From assembly GCA_002269645.1 (NCBI GenBank), contig NIVC01002245.1:1-64000 (forward strand): DNA of 64,000 nucleotides, in the 5' to 3' direction. Position numbers and translations under genes: made by a program. The notes under the pieces were generated by a model. The model was not told the DNA's origin. It was given only the letters and a program-made list of their open reading frames with translations, and made no database searches. Numbering within the stretch: position 1 is the stretch's first letter; the number at the start of each line of letters is the position of its first letter. Below are positions 1 through 9,578 of this stretch, one piece after another. This DNA comes from Macrostomum lignano. Taxonomy: Eukaryota.

Positions 1-1481
1 CCTTAAATTTAAAAAGAGATATAACTGATTCCTATACCAAAAGGAGTTGATAATTTAGTTGGAGGTGGAGCCTTAAAGCAGGATCGATTCCAAACGGTTG
101 AAACTGGTCACATACCTACCATGCAGATTGGAGTGGAAATGGTTTTGCAATAACCGCAAAGCACTGCATTTAAAACTGATTTTGCAAGTTGGAAAGCGTT
201 TGATGGTAATGATTCAACAGATTGGGCAACAAATAATACTCAAACGATTATTGGATTCAAGTCCAATGCCCTCGCAATAATGTGTTATAAAATTGATTTA
301 CGTGGTAGCCATCACCTTCAACCGAGCACCCAGCATCATGGCGATTTGAGGGAAGTAATGACAATACAAGTTGGGACGTATTATACCTGGCGGATAGTTC
401 TGTAGCAATAAATAACTCAACTCAAACAATTAATGTCACACAAAATTTTGATAAAACATATTCATATTTCAGATTGTTCTGTTACATCAACTCGGGTTCA
501 ACCAACCCGGTCTATCAACCTTCCAGATTTATAGACAGACGTTTACAATCTTGATTTAAAATTTGGGAGTGGTTAATCAATCAATTGATATGGAGGTAAT
601 ACAATTACTAAATCTCTACTATAAACAATAACAGTTCTTGTTACTAAAGGTTATGTTGATACGCGAGTAACACAAACGGCGATGCGAATGTCTTTTAACG
701 ATAAAATAAAATGGATGGAATACCTGCAATGATGCCGCTTTGTACGAGCCTGTAATTTGCAATTGGACTGGATATCAAAACCCAACCACAGCCGGTGATA
801 TTTTTCCAACTGGAAGTTTTGTTGGTAACGCTACTTATATTGATTATCAAAATGGAGCTAGAATTACTGATGAAGCAAGTGGTCAGTCTGGAGCGTTGCA
901 ATTTAATTTCACCCATTTTCGTAATATCTCCGCCTCCTTCTATTTCCGAGTCGCTAATTCTACAGGAGATGGTGCTGACGCTGTTTGGTTTTATGCATAT
1001 TGTCACGAACGGCCAACAACTGAATTTGGATCCGGGTTAACAACCCGCGCCGGCTTGATAGTATTTGCGAGTGAGTGGACTGATAGAGTTGGGGTTGTTT
1101 GGAGCAATATAAAATCAGACGGTGCAACAGTTCGTAATGATGTTCTTAATGACGCAGCAAACTATAACCTATGCTAATATTGATAACGGCGATTGGCATC
1201 TTTTTGAAATTAATATTTTAAATCAAAGAGTTTGGTATCAAATAAGCACATACAATGTATCAGCTAATACATATACGCTAATTGGGCAAAACTTTTTTAC
1301 ATATGATAGTGAACTTGGGGAGATTAGATAAAACGGGAACTCTTATGGGTTTGGTGCTCGAACTGGAGGAGCAGATGCCGCACATTTTATTCGTGGTGCA
1401 GCCGTTTGTGGTAGCACATCAGCAGGATATGATTTTGCTGCGACCGCATATTTGGAACGGCCACAAACCGAAATAACTTAA
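1..1481 (+). pseudogene. Fibre/receptor-binding-like protein: discoidin (F5/8 type C)-like domain, TKGYVD linker, L-type (ConA-like) lectin domain; frameshifted and 5'-truncated
   Basis: Joining frames gives ASWKAFDGNDSTDW (~185-225), PASWRFEGSNDNTSWDVLY (~329-385), YSYFRLF (~458-478), LVTKGYVD (~637-660), GDGADAVWF (~965-990), NIDNGDWHLFEI (~1175-1210) and YGFGARTGGADAAHFIR (~1344-1394), ending at TAA 1479-1481. Confidence 0.62.
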
Positions 1482-1767
1482 ATATTTATATAAATGTTAT
1501 TATTCCTATTCCTAAACAAGAATCAAATATAAAAACATTCAAATCTCATACCAAATTTTTATTTAGTACTGTAAATGTTCAGGATAATAAGAAACTTCAA
1601 GAATTAATTAATTGTTAAAAAATCATATTATACTTCAAGAGTTTTGGAAAATAGGATTTAAATGGGAGAAAAAAGAAAGAATAACTCCAATACAATACCT
1701 ATTGAGCTCGGGACAAATCCCCAAAGAGCGTGGGGAATTCATTTGGTGCTATTAAAAATAGACGAGA

Positions 1768-2419
1768 ATGTCGGTATCTGAAGCAGATAAATGGGAACGC
1801 GACCGGTTCAACCAACGTAAAGGTCAGATGTTGAGTAATGTTGATCGTATTAACTATGATTATGATTTATATACTAAAAAAGTAAGAAGAGTTTCAAACC
1901 ATATAAGAAATATGGATTTTTTCAATATTGGATTTGGAAGTTTATCAATGTTATGTGTAATTGTTTTAGGTATTTTACAATCTATTCCAACTCTTAATTT
2001 ATCTCAATTATTTTTAGGTATTTCAATTGGCTCAATATCAGGTTTTGAAATGATCAGAAACTTATCAATACTTTTAGCAATTAAATTATATCTTAAAAAA
2101 CGAAAGGCAAAAATATAAATCATTAAGAGATGTTGCAAAACAATATAAAAATCATTATATTTATATGTGCAAAAAATATTGGATGATGGAGAGATAACGA
2201 TTCATGAATTATCAACCGCGGTTGAGTTATATGAAAAATATTTAAAAGATAGAAATAGAATTTTAGATGTTGAAACTTTTACCGATATGGAATTAAGAAT
2301 TGCGTTTGGACAAACCCAAAGCTCCTCCGATAGAAACTATAGAATACAAACCTGAAACTATTGCTACTGGGGCACAAAGCCCGCGGTCAGGAAGTGCTGT
2401 AGAACTTCAGGTTGTTTAA
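1768..2419 (+). CDS. Viral two-TM membrane protein, frameshifted (track ORFs 1768..2118 and 2167..2355 are one gene)
   Basis: Two hydrophobic stretches (FFNIGFGSLSMLCVIVLGIL; LFLGISIGSISG). After frame repair it continues YKSLRDVAKQYK-SLYLYVQKILDDGEITIHELSTAVELYEKY and ends PKAPPIETIEYKPETIATGAQSPRSGSAVELQVV*. Confidence 0.5.
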
Positions 2420-2520
2420 TTTATTTAATGCATATGTTATATATTCTTCCCAAAGTGGTAACTCTCTTCTGATCCTAGGTTTAAATTTTTTATCAATACA
2501 TAAAAATTCCAATGACTTTT

Positions 2521-2898
2521 TCATAACATTTCGTTAGGTATGTTACCTATCCTTATAAACTTTGTATTCTCTCGAATAAGAAAATTGAAATAATATCCAA
2601 CTAAAATTAAAATCCTTTCGGAGTCTTTCGAACTTAATCCCTTTCCTTTATTTAAATGGAAAAAGTTATTATATAAATAAACATTATTTCCGGGAATTAA
2701 AATTGGATCAGATATGTCTCTTGTAAGATTTCTTAAAATTGTGTTTTTAAAATAGTAATATGAGTTTTCAATCTTTTTTGTTTTTTCAAATTGATATATT
2801 TTAGAACATGAATAACACATATGATATATATCTCCGTTTGCTGTTTGAGCTCTGTGCATAGTCACATTACATTTATTACAAACATAAATGTCTTTCAT
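2521..2898 (-). CDS. Viral hypothetical protein with N-terminal CxxC...CxxC zinc ribbon
   Basis: 125-aa ORF with CNKC and CYSC pairs; A-run start context (AAAAAAATG). Confidence 0.55.
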   Translation of the reverse strand: MKDIYVCNKCNVTMHRAQTANGDIYHMCYSCSKIYQFEKTKKIENSYYYFKNTILRNLTRDISDPILIPGNNVYLYNNFFHLNKGKGLSSKDSERILILVGYYFNFLIRENTKFIRIGNIPNEML

Positions 2899-2924
2899 TT
2901 TTTTGTTATTTTTTTAGATTAAAA

Positions 2925-3175
2925 ATGGAGAGCTGGTTCAAAACCGATTCTAATGTGATTAATTATCTCACCCCAATATGTTGGAGAATAAAGAATATAA
3001 TATTATATGTTTGAGACAGGTTAAATTTATTGGGCTTCAATCAATATTTTTACAATTAGATGGGCAAAAAATTTTATGTCTAAGCGGAGATGATGTTAAA
3101 AATTTTCCTGTTTTAGTTATTAATAAACCTAAAGCGTTTGTTATGAAATACAGTCGGAGAGTGGTTGCAATTTAA
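2925..3175 (+). CDS. Small viral hypothetical protein with one frameshift near 2972
   Basis: AAAAATG at 2925 reads MESWFKTDSNVINYLT and joins the track ORF 2978..3175 if one base is restored. Divergent from ORF 2898 with a 26-bp spacer. Confidence 0.4.
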
Positions 3176-3265
3176 ACTAAAACAAACAAAAAATAAAAAG
3201 AGTGATAGGACTGTAAAATTGGCGGTTTGGGAGGATGACGACGAAGACTAAATTTTTATAAGAAA

Positions 3266-3700
3266 ATGGATACGATAAAAATCCTTATCACTAAAGAGCG
3301 TGAACTTAATGATATTAATAAAAAAATAAATATAATTATATCTCAGAAATATCATGAGTATGGGGACGATATGTTTCCCATCCGATATGAAATGGATAAA
3401 AGAAAACGTTTTATTAAATCTGCAATTGCTTATGCTGAAACAGTAATTGAAATCGAAATAGATAGGTTGGTTAGAAAAATAAAAAAACTTAGGAAAAAAA
3501 TAAAGGATTGTTTAAGTTACCCTGACGACTGCGAGGAAAATTGGCCTTCAATATTATATGAAATCGAAATGGATATTATGCTTAAACAATTACATGCTTT
3601 AGTTTTTTTCCGCCCGAAGGGTCGCGGATTTTATCCGATAAGTAATTTTTCTGTTAATCTCTTCCAGTTATTCAAGACTTTTTCCTTTTTAATTTTTTAA
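3266..3700 (+). CDS. Viral hypothetical protein, lysine-rich and helical
   Basis: 144-aa ORF with AAAATG start, convergent with the PolB 3' end. Contains the GC hairpin insert read as RPKGR. Confidence 0.5.
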   Translation: MDTIKILITKERELNDINKKINIIISQKYHEYGDDMFPIRYEMDKRKRFIKSAIAYAETVIEIEIDRLVRKIKKLRKKIKDCLSYPDDCEENWPSILYEIEMDIMLKQLHALVFFRPKGRGFYPISNFSVNLFQLFKTFSFLIF

Positions 3701-6700
3701 GTTCTTTTGGAAATGTTGAATATAATTATCTATATCTTTTTCATATTCTAGAAATGTATTATATTCACAATCACATTCGGATTCACAATCACAATCGTAA
3801 TAATAATTATTTATTGCCTCTTTGTATTCATTATATTTGCTTATTATATCTTCTTTTTGTTTTTTATCTTTTATCATATTTTTTATCTCTTCTTTTAAAC
3901 CATATGGATATGTTTTAATTTTATCATCTAAATATCTTTTATCATCAAATGGACTTAATGTTTTTTATCTGTCTCGATGACAAACATCTGATGCTTATCT
4001 GAATTTAATCGATATTGTGGAGCATGATAATTTTCAATTGTATTAAGTAATCTAAAAGTACGTTTTATAATCATCAAATGTTATCTTTTTACTGCTGCCT
4101 TGATACCCCTTTTATTTTTTTTACCTCTCCCTCCTGTCCTAAAACTTTAAATGCATAGCATTTTGATCTTATTGCTATAAACTCGGTTATGATTTTGCTA
4201 TTTAATTCATCTTTCATTTTAAGTACAACTTTTTTATTTTGATCTGATTTTAAAGGATGGTTATCCGGATAGTCGGAGGTATCCAGTGTATCCTTAATTT
4301 TTTCCATATCTTTATAGACATCGAACCTTTGGTTCGCGGGCTTTGCCGTCCTCTGTTTCAACCTTAAATACCAAACTGTCGGTGTCTGCATATATTGGAT
4401 AGTTATCTGGCCATGTTTTATTTATAACATCATAATAATATTCATACATTACAGCTTTGCATAATCTAAAACAACCATTCCAATAAATATTGGTTTAAGA
4501 AATTTTGTTGTTTTATTTCTCATATGAATACCCATAAAGTTATCATCAAATTTTATAAAGTCTTTAAAGTTAGGTTTGAGAAATATTTCTTTGCTTTATC
4601 AATATCCTTTTCTAAATGGAATTGGGTTCTATCTCTAATATTTTCAACCGTTTTTCCATAAAAAGCATTATTCATTAATTTCCAATAATCTTTCTCAAAA
4701 TTGTTTTTGACATCTGTCTCTGATTTGAATTAAAGTCAATATATTTAGCTAACCAATCTTCCTCAATAAACGATATTGTTCGATGTACTTTAGACACTTT
4801 TAATCCCTGCTTTTCATAAAATTGTAGAAGCTTATAATGCACTACATAGTTTTTCTTATCATGTAAATTTAATATTAATTTTTTTGTTGCTAGATGTTTT
4901 GCATTATCTACTTTAAGATAATCTTTTTGTGTTTGTGATAAATCATCTTCATTAACTGAACAATGCTCTGGAGCTAAAGGATATTTATATGTTTTTGCTT
5001 TTGCTTCCCGAGTATATTGCAAATCCACTTCTACGATACAGCCCCTTCCTTCGGGAATATTTTTGTAATAATCGGGGTCATCTTCCCATTGGAAATCAGC
5101 TATTGGTAATTTTTGTTTCATACAACCACCGTATAAATTGTTTGCATCTAGATATAATACATATGATGATTTTTCTTTTTTATTATAATTTGGTAGATAT
5201 TTATTATTTACTTTAGTATATCTATCTCCTAGTACACCCGAGAATCCGCCGCGAATTCCTCTCTCAATCATTAACAACATATCATGATCAGTTAGTAAAT
5301 CAATCTTAACATCTGTGTATTTCAAACCACAAGCCCATGTTAATCCCGGTGCACTGAAACAATATGCGGGATCAATTTTAAAATTCTCATATGTATGATT
5401 CCTAAAGTTTTCAAATGCATCAGCTAATAGGAGAACATCTGCTTTAAGATATAGATTATGATAATCTTTAAATGTTTTACAATTAAAGTATTTCCATACT
5501 TTTTGAGCGTGTTCATAATCCGATTCACTTATGTTTGTTTGTGATAATGTTGAATAAAACTTTTCAATTGGGGGTAATTCGGTATGAAAAAATACGTCTT
5601 CAGATGTTACATATTCATATGGATAGATGCCCTTACGAGTTAATAGCATTAGTTCTTCCTCGGATAGTTTTTCCTTTTTGAAACGATTCAATAGTATTGG
5701 AAAGTTTTTCTTTACTATTTCTAAATCCCATGGTTTTGGAACTAATGATGAAACAACATTTGCTAAAGATGTTGATAAGAATCTCAAGGAATCTAGAAAA
5801 ACTAGATGGGAGTATTTCTTACCATATGTTATTGATATGTAATTTTCTGATGTTTTAGGTAATATATTTATTTCATATTCATCCTTTCCTAAATGAAGCA
5901 ATTCTCGAACTAAGAAATGAAAATCATATCCGGAACCATTATGAAAAAATACTGGTATTTCCTTACATCCTTTTCCTTCTTTTGCATTACATGATCTACA
6001 TGCTGCCCCTCGATAATTTCCTGTTAGATGACAATGTTCTCGTATCTTATTATTCTTACTTAAATGTCTTTTGCACATAAAACAATTTGTTGCATTTTTA
6101 TAATTGTCTCTATCCTTATTTGTCATATTAATATTTTTTGATAATTTATCATATTGATTTTGAATATATTCAAATACATTTACTAATGATTCTGCCATGT
6201 GCTTAGCTGCATCATTACCGTGGTAAGTAATCATCCTTGATTTAAATATATGATCAGCTACAGAGTGTACATATATACAATAACTATTCGGAAACTGTTG
6301 TGCCAATTTTTTTGTGCATTCCCATCATCAGATACCGTCTGTGATTCTTTTAAGGGAACATTTGTTGCTTCAAAATCAGCATATATTACTATTGGTTTTT
6401 TAACTGCCATATAATGTTGTTGGAACTTTAGGGTTGCATCTTCAGATGCTGGCATTATAGCATTAGTAAATTTGTGATCTAAACAAAATCGTTGGTGGTT
6501 TTTAAGAGCTGTTTCATCCTTTTTAAATGTAAAACAATTTCTACATAGTGGATATCTATTTCTATTTTCTCTTAAAAAAGAACTAATATCTTTTATGTAT
6601 ATATAATGTGTTTCATTTTCGCGCTGCATGTACAAAAGATCGATTTGATCTGGTGCTGTTATATCAGTTGCTGGCTTAACAAGATAACACCTTTTCTTAT

Positions 6701-7601
6701 ACCATTCTGGATCGACCTGTTGGGTCGCGGACTCCGTCCGATCGGTTAAAATTTCTTCTAGATCTTTTGGTTCTTCAATTGTAAACACATTAATATTTAA
6801 ACCATTCATTTTTTCAATCTTATATATATCATCTATTGCTACTGGGTATGATATGTTTTTCATTATTATTTCATCCTCATATTGTCTATAATTATATATT
6901 TTATTAATGTGTGATTCTACTTGATTGTGATATTTATGAATTAATAAACACCATAATAAACATTTATTATCTTTATTGTCTGGATTTATAATCATAGGTG
7001 ATTTAAATTTGAGCTTCATATGTGATCGTCCTTTAAGAATTTCTATAGGTGCAATCTTTACTATTGCTGAATTACAGGATACAAATATAAACCCAGATCC
7101 GTTTTCTGTCATCTTATCTATCCATTCATCAAACTCAGCTTCTATTTGATCGAATTGATTGTTGTAATTTCCCATTGATAATAATGTTTTATATGATTCT
7201 TGTGAAAAGTTATTTATTACTTCAATTTCTGAATTTGCATTAAGAATATTTGGTTTTTTAAATTCTGTTTCAACTTCTATTTTATACTTAATTGGCTGTC
7301 GTTTGTTATTTGGCCTTATAGTATAATTGATTAATATGGTCTTTAATTTATCTTTCATTTGTTTAAAATATTCTTTATAATTTGTATTTATATCTATATC
7401 TATATATATTACTTCAGCTCCATTTTGTCCTTGTGGTTGGGGGTTATTAATATCATTTAATTGTCTTTCTAAACGTATCTCATTTTCTGCCCTAATTCTT
7501 GCTTCTATTTCAGCCCTATCGGCAATTCGTTGTGCATCGATTTGAGCTATTAATTGTGCTCTAAGTTCAGGGTTGTCGATTTGAGCTAAAATTGCTTCCA
7601 T
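3689..7601 (-). CDS. polB: Protein-primed family B DNA polymerase (Polinton type), about 1300 aa, split by about 9 frameshifts
   Basis: Exo I IYADFE, Exo II HNGSGYDFHFL, Exo III YLKADVLLL, RKGIYPYEY, IRGG, motif A YLDANNLYG, motif B KLMNNAFYGKT (~4670-4640 after repair), motif C YADTDSL (~4392-4372), IRSKCYA and LSPFDDKRY. After TYPYG the frame runs into track ORF 3689..3877. Confidence 0.95.
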
Positions 7602-7685
7602 TTTATAGAATAAAATTTATATAATGTTTGAATTATTGATTTTTTAATTTTGCGTTTTTGGTGTCCAGACCCTCCCCCCAGGAGC

Positions 7686-8660
7686 CTATTCGAGATCTGC
7701 TTTTGGTAATAGCAATCCATTGCCCATAACGTTTGAATTTAAGAAAATTCCTGAACCTGCTTTTGGTCGCATTTCGAGATATAATCCGCTTCCGTCGTGT
7801 TTTTCAATGATATTAAAATCTTTTCCTAACTTAGTAAAAATCTTCTGAACTGCTGGCCTAAAATTAACCCCAATATTATCAAAAAATCCTTTAGCTTTCT
7901 CACCCGTTTTTTCTAAAGTTTGACCAAATTCATGTAGTTTATCTGCGACAACTCCGCTTCCTTGGGTTGTTCCTTTTAGTACCAAACCACTGCCATTTAA
8001 CAGTAAACCTTTTCCGGCTGCTAACTTAGCTTCTGCATTTCTTTTTTGCTCTGCTGTTGCTGAACTACTATTAATGGTATCAATAAGTTTCTGTTTGAAT
8101 TGTGCGTCCTGCGTTATTTGCTGTCTTTGAAATTCTGCATCTCGTTTAGCTTTTTCATCCGCAGCTTTTTTATCATTTACTGCTTTTGTGATTCCAGCTG
8201 CGCCCCCTGCTATTCCACCAGCTGCTCCTATTCCTGCAAAAATTATTGGTAATAAAGTTGCTAATGGCAATATTCCTCCTTGTTTTGCTTTTAATTCTGC
8301 TAGCTGTTTTCGGTTATCATGAATTCTTTTACCTGCTAAACCGGCTGCTCCGGCTGCTCCGAGGCCTAAAAGAATTGGTAAAATAGGTAACAATCCACCA
8401 TCTTTTTTAGTGTGAGTCTCCAATAAAAATTTTACATCGGAGTCTGTCAACCTATAATTTCTACCATGATTCTTAAAGGATATTGGCCTTCCTTCTTGTG
8501 CATATTTTGCAGCAAGTTTAAATGTATCGATATCGTAGTCAAGTTTTTTACCTAAACGATCCAATCTTTTTAACATTGTGTGGCTATGTTTATTATCATC
8601 TAGATCTAAAGTATCTACAATTTCTCCTATAAAATATAAGCGGTCGTTATCTGTGTCCAT
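7686..8660 (-). CDS. Polinton/adintovirus core or membrane-active protein with adenovirus pX-like GG-ILP hydrophobic segments
   Basis: Intact 324-aa ORF containing GGLLPILPILLGLGAAGAAG and GGILPLATLLPIIFAGIGAAGGIAGGAAGITKAVNDKK, then repeated GxG(L/I/V) motifs. Confidence 0.7.
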   Translation of the reverse strand: MDTDNDRLYFIGEIVDTLDLDDNKHSHTMLKRLDRLGKKLDYDIDTFKLAAKYAQEGRPISFKNHGRNYRLTDSDVKFLLETHTKKDGGLLPILPILLGLGAAGAAGLAGKRIHDNRKQLAELKAKQGGILPLATLLPIIFAGIGAAGGIAGGAAGITKAVNDKKAADEKAKRDAEFQRQQITQDAQFKQKLIDTINSSSATAEQKRNAEAKLAAGKGLLLNGSGLVLKGTTQGSGVVADKLHEFGQTLEKTGEKAKGFFDNIGVNFRPAVQKIFTKLGKDFNIIEKHDGSGLYLEMRPKAGSGIFLNSNVMGNGLLLPKADLE

Positions 8661-8670
8661 TTTTATATTG

Positions 8671-9069
8671 TTAAAATTTCTTTAATCCTTTTCCGCCTTT
8701 AATTGTGGTTAACATTTTATTAAAATCCTGAATATCTTTATTACTTATTGGCGCGCTTTTCGTGGGGGTTTCTGTTGGTTGTGCGGCTTGTGCCAGCTTT
8801 AAATCTTTTATTGCATTTATTTGTGAGAGGGTGTCGTTAAAATCTCTCAATTTCTTTAGTTCTTCTGCCGCTCTAGCTGCTTCAATTCCTCCTTTTACAG
8901 CATTTGTTATAGAGCCTGCTGCAGAGCCAGCTTGCCCTATAAGCCCCATATTGTCTTTAACGAAATTTGCTGCTGTTCCAACCACATCAAAAAGCCCCTC
9001 ACCTCGGTATTCAACTGGGTCTCCTACCTGCAATTCATTCAGATTTTGCATATGTGTAACGTGTGTCAT
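8671..9069 (-). CDS. Small viral protein with a putative amphipathic helix (pVI-like); probable start 9069 rather than 9117
   Basis: GEGLFDVVGTAANFVKDNMGLIG segment; ends GGKGLKKF. ATG 9069 has the A-run context shared with the other element genes. Confidence 0.55.
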   Translation of the reverse strand: MTHVTHMQNLNELQVGDPVEYRGEGLFDVVGTAANFVKDNMGLIGQAGSAAGSITNAVKGGIEAARAAEELKKLRDFNDTLSQINAIKDLKLAQAAQPTETPTKSAPISNKDIQDFNKMLTTIKGGKGLKKF

Positions 9070-9109
9070 TTTTTGTTCTATTTTTAGTAACAGAAAAAAA
9101 GATTGTCTG

Positions 9110-9207
9110 CATTCCATTTAGACCAGATTTTAGACCAAATTTTTGAAAACGAAAACCAAAACGATAGTCTAGTTTTGTTTGGTCTAAAATCTGGTCTAAA
9201 TGGAATG
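9110..9207. repeat. Perfect 30-bp inverted repeat with 38-bp spacer
   Basis: cattccatttagaccagattttagaccaaa (9110-9139) is the exact reverse complement of 9178-9207. Confidence 0.97.
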
Positions 9208-9273
9208 TTGGGTGGGTAGGTGAGCTGACTATAAATAGCTTCTATTCTTTCCGACCCTTCGCGCCTGCGGCGC

Positions 9274-9578
9274 GGGCAAGGGGTTATAGAGTAGTAGTAT
9301 ATAAAAAGACGCTTACAGATCAGACCTTATTTTAATGGCCGTTTTTATGGTCTTAAGAGGGGGGACGCGAGGGGGGTGTTGGGGAGTGTTTGGAAGTGTT
9401 GGGAATGATTTTTATTGTTAGGGGTGATTATGGGTGATTAGATGTATTAATGGTGTTTAGATGTGTTTTTTTATTTACCCCCCGTGTCCCCCCTCTAGAC
9501 CCTTAAAACGGTCATTAAAAAAGTGCTCTGGGTCTAGAAGCGTCTTTTTATATACTACTACTCTATAACCCCTTGCCC
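9274..9578. repeat. About 100-bp-arm inverted repeat, outer 41 bp perfect; candidate element terminus
   Basis: 9274-9314 is the exact reverse complement of 9538-9578. Imperfect pairing continues inward to about 9375/9478. Arms contain AGTAGTAGT (9290-9298) and ACTACTACT (9554-9562). Confidence 0.93.

Noticed and set aside
494-510. CGGGTT-CAACC-AACCCG hairpin in the fibre gene
   Set aside because: It encodes SGSTNP within the expected discoidin C-terminal strand region and shares no 10-mer with the GC-insert family; probably coincidental.
3689-4391. Track ORFs 4089..4391 and 3689..3877 as independent genes
   Set aside because: Both are pieces of the PolB C-terminus once frames are repaired.
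8762-9121. Plus-strand 119-aa ORF overlapping the viral pVI-like gene
   Set aside because: Antisense shadow with no motif and no A-run start context.
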